A DNA stretch of 64,000 nucleotides from Phoronis australis (taxonomy: Eukaryota; Animalia; Phoronida). Below the pieces are notes generated by a model. That model was not told the origin of the DNA. It searched no databases and saw only the letters and a list, made by a program, of their open reading frames with translations. The stretch is taken from positions 7,562 to 71,561 of the forward strand of contig NMRA01001008.1 of the NCBI GenBank assembly GCA_002633005.1, given 5' to 3'. How positions within the stretch are numbered: the first letter of the stretch is position 1; the number at the start of each line of letters is the position of its first letter. Positions 13,186 to 25,694 of the stretch are shown here, piece by piece. A program made the position numbers and the translations under genes.

Positions 13186-15833
13186 GCTAACCTGTGCCAC
13201 TTAGCATCCGTTACTCAAATGTACTTTTGGGTATCGGAAATGTGTGTGTTATCTCTTGTAATTAAGGAACCCATCTGGTTCTGTGAAATATTTATTTGTA
13301 GAGCTGTGACCCTTAAATTCCCAATACAGCTTAAAATATACATTATTCTTGTTGTTTTATTTGTCCCCAATAAGGTACATGTAGTTCTCTCTCTGAAGAG
13401 TTTTCGTTGAAGTAAGGTGTTAAAAAGGAGCGATAGGCTGTCTTGTCGGGAATTTTGTCTCCCTGGAGAAGCTCCACGTAAAGGGTATGCAAACGTTAAT
13501 GTGTCCTCTCGGACAAATCCTGTTATCGTATCTCACAACGTATTTAAACAAGCTGTTTGTGGAAACATCACCAAACATGGTCATGACGTTAGTAAAGAAA
13601 GAGGTTGCGTAGTTTATATTTAAATATCATTACTACTCGTTCCCCGAACATCGATTAGCTCCAATTTGCTATTGTTATAGTGACATACATGTATGTAGCC
13701 GGAAGTGTTCTCTCGGTTAGTAACTCCCTTCAAACTGTGAAAGTTGCTTAAAGATCTTTTCTCAAAAACCTATTTTAAATATAACGCTTAGTAAATATAT
13801 ACCAAAATAAGTTATGTTTAACAGTTTTCCCGCTTTTTGTTATCCAACTCAAATTTTTACCTCTACCAAAATCAGAAAATCATTGACAATTCTCGACTAT
13901 ACCCGTGATTGAGTTCCCTGTACTTCACTTTCAGAACGGTTCTTGAACTACGGCCATGTTGTCCTCGAAAATGTATTTATTTTACTTCTGCTGAGCATAA
14001 AACCCGTTGTTATTTTATTTGATTGTTTCCGATTCAAATTTTGGATCTCGAAATACACACTTGGTTGTATGTTGATGAAATATTGTAAGTTAAAATGGTT
14101 AATACGTCTCACGTCTCACAGTCAGGACCATAGACATCACATAGACCAGGCGCGCGCCACTCAGATACATGCAGCTCGCGTTGTCAATATGACGCCATAT
14201 TGGAGAGTGTTACACAGGACAAAAATGGCGGAAAACACTGGGAGCCTTACGGCATCAGTCAAAAAATCGGCGGGCTCCTAGTGTTATGCTTGCAGCCAAA
14301 CAGTTAAGTTTTTTGGTCCTGCATTTGAGTCGTGGATTTTTTGTTCGGTCATGGAGTTTAGAGGTGCTGCCACCAGGTTTTTATGTTCTGCCACCATAGT
14401 TTAAGGGGAGCGATTATGCGTATAGTCCGGATACCTATCGTCGTCAGGCTCCAAAGGTCGTCCGCCATCTTCTTTCGCGTACAGCGCAGCCACGCGGGAT
14501 TTAGCGTTCCAATTTGGAGTGCTCGTCTGCACGTTAGGTACTAACCTCTCGGGAGAAACACGCATGGAAGAACTGAGACTAAAATTAATGCATTTACCGA
14601 CTCTTTTTTTGAGACCACTTAAAAAATTGTAGATTTTACTAATGCACTTTTTTGTTCATTTTCAGAAGATATTTTCGAAATTAAATTTTCTTCAGAAGAA
14701 ACAAAAAGCAACTCGGGGGTTGTTTATGCAATTTATCTATTTGTCCCAGGCACTAACCGACATCTGTTAGGCCAAAGGAAAAACGCAGCAGACAAATGGA
14801 ACACGCTGGGTGCTTAACAGTTTCGGCCCACGCCTTGGTCATCAAAATATTGTTCACTTGTTTTTTTATTGCCACACAAAGAACTGAGCTCAACATTTAT
14901 GTTGAAATTTTTGGTTAAAGCATTTTGAATTTATATGAAGAAAATTAAAATACTTGAATTGATAGAGAATGGCCACCAATAAAGTAAAACATTGATTTTA
15001 TTTCACTATATTGCAATTGTTACACATACAACACAGCATGACATAATCAAAAATAAAAGAAGAGATTGAGCAATAAAATTCAAGTGCAACTTTGATATTT
15101 ATTTATTTATTTATGAATGCAGAAGCCTGTTAAAGGTGAGACAAATCAAACAATACGATAATGGGTAATTTATTAGAACAAACTTCCGCCGACCAAGTCT
15201 CAAAGCAGTACAGTTCTGTTTTGGCTGACAAGGTGTTAACAGAGAATGAAGAGAAACTGAAAAGAAAAAGAAGGACAGAAGAGATAAGTGGTGTTAAGAA
15301 CAACAAGAGCAAAAAGTCAAATAAAGGGGTCACAAATACAAAATAAGTAAGGTCTATCTGGAATAAAATAATTGCGATTTATTTTCCAGAACTGAAATTC
15401 TAAATCAATTTTAATCGATATAAAAATCGATGTCATACTAGTTAAACAGTTTGTGGTTGAACTAGAGTTGCTGTAAACCACTTTCCACAATTTTCTTGGC
15501 CTTTTTCTGTGTGGTTTTCTGTTCTTTCAAAAGGCGGCAGCATATGACGACCATAGGAGTCATTATAAAATGGCTGCCGAAAAGCAATGCAGAGTTGAAC
15601 AACTCGGCTTAAGTAAAAGAAAACGTTTGAATCAACGAATACTATACACTTGTAAGAGTTAAATCAAATCCTATTCAGAGCATAACTTTGAAATGGAATA
15701 ATTGGGTGAGTACGACAACAAGCCGGTTTTATGCTTAGGCGGACGACCATTGGGTTCCCGAGTATACTTATGAAAAAATTTGGAAATTTTGTGCATTTGC
15801 ACTGCTTGCTTACGAGCTCTTTGTTTTGTGACT

Positions 15834-16860
15834 TATATATATATATATATATATATATACATGCATATATACATTGTACGCTGGTACAAAGATCACGGCA
15901 GATGTAAAATACTGCAAAGAATGACAAATGGAGGTTTCAGTAACTTTAATAATGTTCTGTTGAATGTCGAACGACTAGTGTCATGCACATGCACATGCAC
16001 ACACTCACACAAACACACACACACACACACACACATTTACCACTATAATTCGGCAGTAATCTTTTTCGTATGCGTATTTCATTGAAGACGCAACGTTTAA
16101 TTTCGATTCTTTCAAATTCCGTGAAAAGACATTTTGTATTTACATCACAGAAGTGCAATAAAAACCCAATATACTTCAGTAGATAACAAAGAGATGTTTC
16201 GAGACACACATCTCATCTCCAGGCTTGCATTTACAACTAGGTCACTGTGAAATTTACATCAGAAATAACAAATGCAATGTAACACATGAAATTCGAATGC
16301 GAAACTGTTTTATCGGTCCCCGGGTATATTGTCCGATCCCCGGGATTCCTGTTTTAAAGTACGAGGTTCGTGTTGTACTGACTGGTTAGCTGTTTTGAAG
16401 GTTCAGGTGGTTTTTTTCGACTCCGGGATATCTGTTTTACACCGGTTCGATGGAACACTCTCTCGCTATATACGTGTGTGTGTGTTTGTTTGTCTGTGTG
16501 TGTGTTTGTGTGTGTGTGTATGTGTGCATATATGAATATCACTATATGTTGGCAGTAATCGGCCTCGTATACATATTTCCTTGAAGACACGACTTTGATC
16601 TGTTCTTACAAGTTCAATTTCTGTTCTTTCATACCCTCTAAGTAGATATCTTGTCTTTACATCACAACAGTGCAATAAAAATTCAAACGACATCAGTAAG
16701 TAACTGATTTTTATTACACAGTTGTGATGTGAAACAAGATCTCTATTTAGAGAATTTAAAAGAACTGAAATTAAACTCGTAAAACAGATCAAAGTAGTGT
16801 TTTCAATGGAATATATACGAATATATGTACTTATGTACTTATGTATGTATGTATGTATGA
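15834..16860. repeat. Microsatellite-rich block, (TA)n/(CA)n/(TG)n/(TATG)n, with a ~170-bp direct repeat
   Basis: (TA)n at about 15834-15858, (CA)n at about 16000-16035, (TG)n at about 16474-16524. The stretch 16040-16190 resembles 16540-16705. Confidence 0.75.
16565..16820. mobile_element. Foldback/hairpin MITE flanked by microsatellites
   Basis: 16565-16665 is a ~100-bp imperfect inverted repeat of about 16724-16820 (for example ctttgatctgtt versus aacagatcaaag). Confidence 0.6.
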
Positions 16861-17059
16861 ATGTATTTAATATTGCGTATATTTGTTGGTGATCTATTAA
16901 GGTTCATTTGTAAGAAATTTGAAAAAAATCGATACATCTGTTGCTAAGAAACTACTTGTCAAAAAGTGGGTAACTTCTTGGAACACATGATGTATACACA
17001 CACCGCACGCACAAACACACATGTACACGCGTGCAAACGCACATTCACACACAAAATGG

Positions 17060-17310
17060 CATGCAAGCTATGTTGGTTTTAAACAACTGGTGCAAAAAGT
17101 GGAAATCGGCTGTAAACATGACAAAAACTAACGTTGTCCATTTTCGAGCTAAGTCTATGCCTAGAAGCAACTTATTTTAAACAGTGTCATTAGTTATAAA
17201 TCCTCATATAAATATTTAGGCTGTATTCTGGGTCAACACCTTGACTTAAAAGAAAATTTGAATACGTCTTATCTGAAGCTTCTGGTAGAGCGTTAGTGAA
17301 GATATGTTCA
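17060..17310 (+). mobile_element. LINE (CR1/L2-group) reverse transcriptase fragment
   Basis: Translates MQAMLVLNNWCKKWKSAVNMTKTNVVHF...KYLG...ASGRAL, the typical non-LTR RT C-terminal motif. Degraded. Confidence 0.7.
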
Positions 17311-19720
17311 ACAAAAATTTAGGATTCGAAAGACGGTATAAGTGAGAGCAGGAAGTATCAACAACCTGACAACCTGAAATTTTGCTACGGCGCAAGGACC
17401 CAATGTGCATAGGCCCCAAAAAAGACTGCGGTTGGCGTTAACCAAGAAATCCAACTCAGTTGGACAGACCAAAAAAGGAGAATAGACGACGTGCGAAAGT
17501 TTGTCAAGATGTAAAATCAAATCAAGTAACATCGCTGAATGCTTAACGCTTTCTGTTGTGTTCTGTCTATGGCACGCTACTATAGAAACAATTTGAAGTT
17601 AATAGGACGACGGACATCCAAGCTGCAGCGAGCCGGAAACCCTCCACCGTACATAGGTGGTGTGCGGAATCGTCTTGTCCTCCTCATATACGTAGAGGGA
17701 TAACACGGTTTTGAAAGTTGTCACTCGTGCATTGTACACAAAAAGACGAACGTAGATGAAAACCAAACGAGAACATTTGGGTCTCTGTGGAAGGCACAAT
17801 TTGAGGCTGGAGGCTGGTTGTGGACTAAGGACACAGAGCAATGTTTCCGACTCATCTCGCAATGTCCAACTTGAGACCAGGTATGGTCTTGTGGTCAGAT
17901 AAAATGAAGGAGGTAATGCTGTTGTCGAGTTCACAGTCCCTTGTAGTGGTAAACAAAAACTGAATGGTAAATTTCAAGGAAACCAGGAATGCATCGATAA
18001 AGAATAGCTTTTGCCACAGCCTTTCTCTAAACAGTTGAAGTAGGATGCAGAGAATTAACCTATCGCCAGGATTTTGAGTGACGGCTTAACTGACCATTTA
18101 GAAACACCTTCGTTTCCAAGCCGCCATTTTACCCAACAAACAACACGTTGCCGGGTAAAACTTTGTTTGTCGAAATTACGCTAGGGGCGGAGGTTGCGAT
18201 AGGTCAATTTGCATCAAGAAGCACAAAGAGGTTTCATATAGCACGTTGAGACGAAAGAGATAGGGGATACAATGGAATATTCCGCATGGTTTGAGCATCG
18301 TTGTCAACAGATGTGACCCGTATGCTAAATGCCGATAACGGATTAATAACAATACTTTTGTGATTTTGTTACGTGACTTCCAGTCCCACTTCCGTAGCGT
18401 TCTTCATCGAGACTTGTCTTGGTCACCAGTTTGATTACGTTAACTAACAGCAAGGCTACAGCAGACACCGCCCTTGCATGTTTTTGAAATTGATATTGGG
18501 CATTTGTGCCTCTACACAAGAGTGCGGGTCATTCTGAACTTACGAGAGTACTCTGAAGAAGACAGATTGAAAAAGTCTGTTCAACAGCAGTTGTATTAAA
18601 TTATTAGTGAGCAATTGTTGACACTCTGCCGCTTTGATACCCAAAATGTGCACCCACCTCTTCAGGGATTCACAAGGAACAGGTGACCACGTTTGGCTTA
18701 AAGCAACAGTTGCCTTTCTTTGAACACAGCTCAAAAATTGTACACGGTGCTGTCCAGTAGTATGAAACAAGTCATGCTCATTTTGTTTTTGAAGATCTGT
18801 TAACAAAAAGTGTTTATTTCATCAAAACATTAAGTTATGGAGAAACTTCTACTAAAAGAAGTCCCACTTAGAAATGGAAATTTAAGAAAAGATAGGAACC
18901 GTCGAAATATCTCCAAAAAGACGGAATAATGGGAAGGTGAGGTAGGAATAGTAGATATAGCACCTCATAAATGACCGTTTCACGGTTCGTGATTTGTGGA
19001 AGATCCGTTCTCCGTAGATAGTCGGTGGGCCAGATTTTGTAGGGCCTCTAGGAAATGGCTTTTGTGAGTACTTTAGGGGGCAATTTTATTTTGATGTTTT
19101 TTAATTCATTTATAAGAGTGTTTTCAAAATCTAAAAAGTTCCCACATATAAAGTTGCACATTTTTGAGAAATTTGAGTTTGAAGTTAGCTAATAATCACC
19201 AAAGAGCTTAGTAAACTTATATTTGTAAAAACAACAGTTTTGGTGACTTTTTTGTAAAACAAGTAATATGGTCCCATCAGTGCCATTGTATTGAACACTA
19301 TTACACTCACATTACATGTTTTACTATTGTAAATTAATTGTAAACAATGAAATGTAAAGAGACACCTAGTGGCAAAAATGCAAACTAAGTCTGAATATTA
19401 CTAGGAAGTTATTTTGACATTGCCAGGCAACAAAAATAACACAAAACACTTGAGACTGGGCAAAATTTGTACCTCAATGGCTAAAACACTGACTAATGGT
19501 GTAAAATACAGCTTGTTTGCATAATACACCAGAAATACGTTATAGTGCAAAAACAATATAGTTGAATGATCTCTGTGAATGTGCACAAAGACTGTATGAA
19601 AATAATAGATTATTCTGACAGCGTTTATCAAGCAGTATGAGACAAATACATGACAATGATCAAAGTATGTACTTTCTATGACTTAATCAACAAATAAAAT
19701 TAACTTTTTAATACAAAAAA

Positions 19721-20228
19721 NNNNNNNNNNNNNNNNNNNNNNNNNNNNNNNNNNNNNNNNNNNNNNNNNNNNNNNNNNNNNNNNNNNNNNNNNNNNNNNN
19801 NNNNNNNNNNNNNNNNNNNNNNNNNNNNNNNNNNNNNNNNNNNNNNNNNNNNNNNNNNNNNNNNNNNNNNNNNNNNNNNNNNNNNNNNNNNNNNNNNNNN
19901 NNNNNNNNNNNNNNNNNNNNNNNNNNNNNNNNNNNNNNNNNNNNNNNNNNNNNNNNNNNNNNNNNNNNNNNNNNNNNNNNNNNNNNNNNNNNNNNNNNNN
20001 NNNNNNNNNNNNNNNNNNNNNNNNNNNNNNNNNNNNNNNNNNNNNNNNNNNNNNNNNNNNNNNNNNNNNNNNNNNNNNNNNNNNNNNNNNNNNNNNNNNN
20101 NNNNNNNNNNNNNNNNNNNNNNNNNNNNNNNNNNNNNNNNNNNNNNNNNNNNNNNNNNNNNNNNNNNNNNNNNNNNNNNNNNNNNNNNNNNNNNNNNNNN
20201 NNNNNNNNNNNNNNNNNNNNNNNNNNNN
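19721..20228. other. Assembly gap (508 N)
   Basis: Run of N. The ORF-track entries that span it are artefacts. Confidence 0.99.
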
Positions 20229-20542
20229 GTAATTGAGACTCGATTTTCAATAAGTAATTCGATGACAACAAGGTTTCCTTTATCATCAAGATGGATTTTA
20301 CCAACTTCACATTCAAAGTTATTATTTAGCAATATGCAGACACCTCTCGATTCTCTTGTTCCAGGGCTCATGAAAACATCATATCCCCACTGGGCTCTAA
20401 TAACAGAAATTTCTGATTCAATAAAATGAGTTTCTTGCAAGCAATAAATACTACAACACTTCCGTCTCAAAAATTCAAAGACGTCCTTTCTCTTAATTGT
20501 GTCCCTTAGCCCTCTGCAGTTTAAAGATAAGATACTAACCAT
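20229..20542 (-). CDS. LINE ORF2 N-terminus, apurinic-like endonuclease (truncated by gap)
   Basis: MVSILSLNCRGLRD...IYCLQETH...SRGVCIL...DDKGNLV. ATG at 20542. Confidence 0.9.
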
Positions 20543-21066
20543 GTTCCGACAAAAGACATGACAAATCGGGTCTATCAATTAAAATACTTAGTGTGATGTA
20601 TATAGAACGTACACAAGTTGGTGAATCAACAAAAATCTCGCCCAGAAATATGTAAGAAAACAAAAAGGGAGTGGCTAAAATGTACTTCACCACCTCCATG
20701 ATACACACTGGACATCAGCTAAGACGATACCCGCATTCATAGACCTGTGTTGATATGCAAATCAGTTGTAGACACAATGAAAGACTCAACTGAATAGAAC
20801 ACTGCCCACATCAGTCAACTTTACATGCAGGTGTAATGGGCCGATGCCTAAAAACAAGCAAAGAAAGGACTGGCAATGCTCTATCTGTTACAGAGCCAAA
20901 TCAATAGTTATCATACCATAGAAAAGAAACGAAAATCATACATACCGTCAGCAAAAAGCTGTGTAAGCATATCATATGAGCAATAAAGCAAACAATATTT
21001 TGCAGTCTTTTAATTAATGAAATTTTGGAAACACTATCTACACTCACACGCAGTCACTGGACTTGT

Positions 21067-21798
21067 TTAACCTGACGACTCTCGCAAGTACGCAGGAATG
21101 TCGTGAAAATTATCCACAGAATACGACTTACGATCAATATGAAGTGTGTCTCTGGTTAGGAAAACAGATTTTACTGAAGGACACGCCTTTGCAGCTTTCA
21201 AAATCGGGATGAGCGGCTTTCTCCTCTGTACCATTAGCCAGGGGAGATCTTCATTCACAAAGAATTCTGTACCTTTGAAGTTCTTGCGCCCCGACCAAAT
21301 TTTCTCTCTTTGTTCGAAAAAGGTGAATTTTGCAATTATTGCCCGAGGTTTTCCATTCTTTTTCACTCCTGTTCTATGCACACGCTCGAATGAGATGTCT
21401 GTTATGTTGAATAACGTTTTCAAAACGGAGCATAACTTTTCTTTACAGGACTCCCCATCGCTTTCTTGTATGCCACCGAATCTAAGGTTTGAACGGCGTG
21501 ATTGAAACTCGATATTACATAGTTGTTTATTCAGCTTTTCATTTTCCTCCGTCAGCGCCCTTATATTTTTTTCATTGTTTTTAGAACGTTCGCTACTTTC
21601 CTCCGCCAATGAGTGAGTTATTGCAATAGAATTCTTGATTTCCGACAGAGTTGAGCTCATACCTGCTAACTGTTCTTTGATAGATGAAAGCCAGGCGGGC
21701 TCTGTCTCGGGTACGGTACGAGTTTCGCTAATCATTGAAACTGACCTCGTAGCTACAGAATAATCAGCGATAGTCTTCTTCAGTTTGGAGCGACCCAT
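21067..21798 (-). CDS. LINE ORF1 protein (coiled coil plus RRM/CTD, L1/Tx1 type), 243 aa
   Basis: Coiled-coil region followed by SRRSNLRFGGIQE, FERVHRTG, PRAIIAKF and FVNEDLP motifs. ORF is intact. Confidence 0.9.
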   Translation of the reverse strand: MGRSKLKKTIADYSVATRSVSMISETRTVPETEPAWLSSIKEQLAGMSSTLSEIKNSIAITHSLAEESSERSKNNEKNIRALTEENEKLNKQLCNIEFQSRRSNLRFGGIQESDGESCKEKLCSVLKTLFNITDISFERVHRTGVKKNGKPRAIIAKFTFFEQREKIWSGRKNFKGTEFFVNEDLPWLMVQRRKPLIPILKAAKACPSVKSVFLTRDTLHIDRKSYSVDNFHDIPAYLRESSG

Positions 21799-21895
21799 CT
21801 TTCAAAAACGTGCAAGCAGAAATACAACTACGGTATGAGAAATTTGAATTTCGCGGGGCGTCTCAGCAGAGCTCCTCAAAACACGTCTTCTCGCT

Positions 21896-21905
21896 CCGCC
21901 ATTTT
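21896..21905 (-). promoter_or_regulatory. YY1-like site in the LINE internal promoter
   Basis: AAAATGGCGG lies about 12 nt from the element 5' end, as in vertebrate L1 5'UTRs. Function is inferred. Confidence 0.5.
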
Positions 21906-22368
21906 AACCGGCCGTCCACTTTCGTATCTCTTAGTCGGGCACAAACTACAACAGTGAGTAACTTCAACAATATTTCTTAAGGTTGCCAGTCCAAAAAACT
22001 TCATGCACACCAGCTTTCTGAAGAACAGCTTCAAAGTCTTGCTTCAGTTTTGAAAGGCAAATGGCATCTCCTTGTGTTGAAAGCTTCAATTCAATGAACT
22101 CCAAACAAAACTGTACAAAAACATCTCTGAAAACTGTGAATTCGTCACTCTTCAAAATCGTTGTCTTTCTACTTTTTATAGCATGATGATCTGTGGTACT
22201 TGGCTTCTTAGACAGAAGGACTTTATCTTTGAATTTCATTTGCATATTCAGGGTTTTGGACTGAGCTGTTGCTTGCGATACAAGTCCAACTGAACAAAAC
22301 CCGAACTGTTAACACTAATTTAACATTCAACTATGAATGAGTTGGCATGCAACTTTTTCAGACGGACT

Positions 22369-23217
22369 CAGTGACGGATCTAGGATATCACAAAGGGGGG
22401 CTCAAGTTTTTGTCCGGCTGTAAGCATTTGCGCAAACCGAACTACGATTGTAGATGCGCATAGCACCGAAGTGGGGGGAGGGCGGGAGGGGGGTTTGCCC
22501 CCGCCCAAGAAATTTTTCTGTTTTTACCTTAAAAAATCAAGCACTTTCCTTGACTACTAATCTCTTTCTAAGAGACCTACTTATTTATGGTCCATAACCT
22601 ACTTCTATTTGTAATGCTTATTACAAGTTTTATATTCTGTGCCATCAATTCTTAACAAATTTGTCGTATTTAAAATAGACTTCAAATGCCCAAAAGACCA
22701 AATCCGTTTTTCGTGTTGACAATAATGACGGGATTGCTTTGGAAATCGTCTTAAGATAAGGTTTGACAAGGAGAGTATTGCGAGTTTCTGAGTGATTCAC
22801 TAAGTCTTCGATTAAAATTCACATCTTACCAGCAACTTCTGTTTTTTCATCGTCACTCAGGTTCCATTTTCTTTAAAAAATGAAGTAAATTTTCTTGATT
22901 GCACAGTGGAGCAGACGAAGGAAACGGAGTCGTATTGTGCAGCGCCACGGCCGGTCGCCTGGGATATCGCGGGAGAGTCTATACTTAGCCATAGTTCCGT
23001 TACGAATGCGCCGCGTTCCGAATGTGACACTTGAAATTGGGTTTGAGCCCCCCCCACACTAAAACTGCACACATTTATATCTTTTTTCATCCGTATAATG
23101 TTAATTACCGGGGTTAATTAATAAACTCAACATTTCCCTACGCTCTTACTGTTTTATTTTTTTGAGGCAGCCAAGGGGGGGCCGGGCCCCCTGCCTTCCC
23201 CCCTAAATCCGCCTATG
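22369..23217. mobile_element. hAT-like MITE (~850 bp) inserted in Academ copy 1
   Basis: TIRs CAGTGACGGATCTAGG and CCTAAATCCGCCTATG. Absent at the homologous site of copy 2 (about 38490). Imperfect 5-bp TSD ggact/tgact. Confidence 0.8.
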
Positions 23218-25694
23218 TGACTTATCAGGAAGTGATCCACCACCAGCCTATCAAATTTACATGCCGTCTGATCTCTAGCCTATTAATGTTGACCGTCTAA
23301 TAATTAGATCAGTTGATGCAACTGAAAATAAATCAGCTGATATATCAATGCAGTGATTGAGATTTATTTTTTTTAAATCAGATGATCAAGCCATAGTCAA
23401 TCGATTTGCACTTAAGATAATCGACGTTTGACGAAATTTACAGTGGCTTCCATCGTCCTCAAATTTCGACAGCGACAATGGCCACTTAGGCACTTTAATT
23501 TAATTGTCATTGCAGCTATCTAAGTAATTAATGTTTACAAAAATTGAGACTACGGAAGGGGATGACGGCCACTTGGGCATGTTGTTTGCAACCATCTACT
23601 CCATTTAACCTTGTCAAAATTTTTTGACTTAAAGTGCTTTAAAATCACACCCACAGTATAACGCCATAGGATTATCCCTTAGCGCAAGCAGTGTCGATGT
23701 GGCAACTGAATGGAGTGTTCGAAAAACAGGATTGCAGGGGTATTTGTTTAAACTGGGAACAAATGAAAACATTAACGACCTGCTCAGAGGCATCTCTCTA
23801 CGCGTACTTCTAAACTTATAGAAACATAATTTGCCGAAAAGTATCCGGCATATGGAGTACCTACGGTATGATCATCGTCTCTACTGGGTCAGCAGTATTG
23901 TTTAAGGCCTAGGCAGCCAAAGGGCTGAACAAGTTAAAAAAACAACTGGTGATAACACTAAAACACATGGAAAACACCAAGATTTTTCAAGAACACGCAC
24001 CTGTTTTTGAAAGCTATACTTCTTTCTCTTTCTTGAAATGTGGCCCATAATGTACTTTTCCTGCTAACAAATGATGCACTCATGTTTCAGAATGTTCCTA
24101 TTGTCTTCAAGTTAATTGGGTGTTTCAGATTTTGAAAGTATAATTGATTTTCTTGGGAAATCTTGGATAACATCTGTATCACTTTCAGCAACTTCAGCTT
24201 TAGTACTACTGTTGGTGCATTGAAACGTTTCTCTGCTGTTCTATGTCCTTTCATTTTTTTGTTCTGACTCTTGGTCTTCTAGTCTACAGCACTCAGCAGT
24301 ATACTGTGTAGGCTACCAGGACCTGCAGCTGTTTTCTGCACAAACGTTTGTGACACCTCTTCTTTTTGATGTACTGATCTAAAGAGTTCCACAGTCAATC
24401 AGCTTTCGTCAGGAAGCTTTCCTAAGCTTCTTTAGGCTCTGACATCACAATTTTGTGCTGTTTGATAAACCTTGAATTATACGGGCATCACACTACATGG
24501 GAGCAGCCATATTGAAGTAACTAAGCACAACAATTCAATCTGGCTCTCTGATTTGTCAATTCAATAGAAAAGCGCCATCAAGTGGCAGGAATTTGCATCA
24601 TATTTTGTTTAACAAAAACACCTTTTAAAAAAAATGTGCAAGTGGAGACGTGGGAACATTTTGGAATTTGATTTATAGGTATATTATCTAGCCACATAGA
24701 AAAAACTAGGTTGCCCCCCCCCCTAAAGTACTCACAAGGATGAACGCTATGAGATCTGGCCCACCGACTAAGAGGCGAGAATCCTTTAAAAACGCAATAA
24801 CGCGTAAAACTTCGCGAGATATCGCCATGTATTACAACATTATTAGCGAGATTCTTGCTTCAACCGAAGTTGCCGTTGTCTGGAAACGTAGATGTGCTTT
24901 CTGTTTTCATTGGTTGGTTTCATTTGGATGTAAAGTGACGTATCCGTCTTTGTTCAAAAGGGAAGATAAGTTCCCAGGTTACCTAGTTTGTCCAAACTGT
25001 CGGTTTTACACCTTTATACGATTTTATCGTTTGTGTCGTACTTGTAAGATTTCGTTTGTGTGAAATTTTGGTTAAATAAATTAAATAAAACGTGACGTGA
25101 AGTTTAACGTTGGTCGACGGCAAAAATACACTCTACACCACATGCTGCTCCAATAGTGTGTCAAATTGACAAACTCATAGCGGATGACGCAACGAAGTAC
25201 TGAAATATCAGTCCAATTTCTGTGCGAAAACTAGCTAATGGTACTGTACGGGCATTGGGTCAACTTACTATATTGCACGATGTAGATAATGAAGCCACGC
25301 TTTATTTTCATCTATAATTTTGTAGATGTACAAATACATCAACAGCGGCTACAACAACGAACCAGACAGTGAGAAGCCGGACTGGAAGACGTTTTACTGG
25401 GGAGCCTAGTATCCCGCGCTCCTTCGTGTCAAACAGACATGGGATCCTGACAACACGTTCACCTGTCTACATTGCGTGGGCTCTGACCTTGTCTGAAACT
25501 GACTGTTATGAATTGTGGCTGGAAACAGAACCATTAGATCATATCTTGGTTACTGTCGCTTTCTATCCCAATCAGCAAAAACGGATACAATTTCAAACAT
25601 AACAGTGAAAGTTTTTTTGTTCAAACGGCGCCCATGTCTTAGCTGTGAATAACTCCTGGAAATTTATTACATGTGAAGAATGTTGCCTTACATA

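Larger units (their letters stand above)
20229..21917 (-). mobile_element. L1/Tx1-clade non-LTR retrotransposon, 5' portion (5'UTR, ORF1, spacer, start of ORF2)
   Basis: 5' end GGACGGCCGGTTAAAATGGCGG, intact ORF1, ~525-bp spacer, and an APE ORF2 running into the gap. Confidence 0.9.
19019..24770 (-). mobile_element. Academ DNA transposon, family A, copy 1 (decayed; contains the L1, the assembly gap and a MITE)
   Basis: TIR TAGTCGGTGGGCCAGAT at both ends. 3-bp TSD AGA at 19016-19018 and 24771-24773. Segments 19019-19720 and ~22330-24770 (minus the MITE) align with copy 2. TAG...CTA ends with a 3-bp TSD fit Academ. Confidence 0.85.

Noticed and set aside
19700-20316. Long ORFs of 292 and 202 aa in the ORF track
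   Set aside because: Mostly X from the N gap. Only 20229-20542 is real coding sequence.
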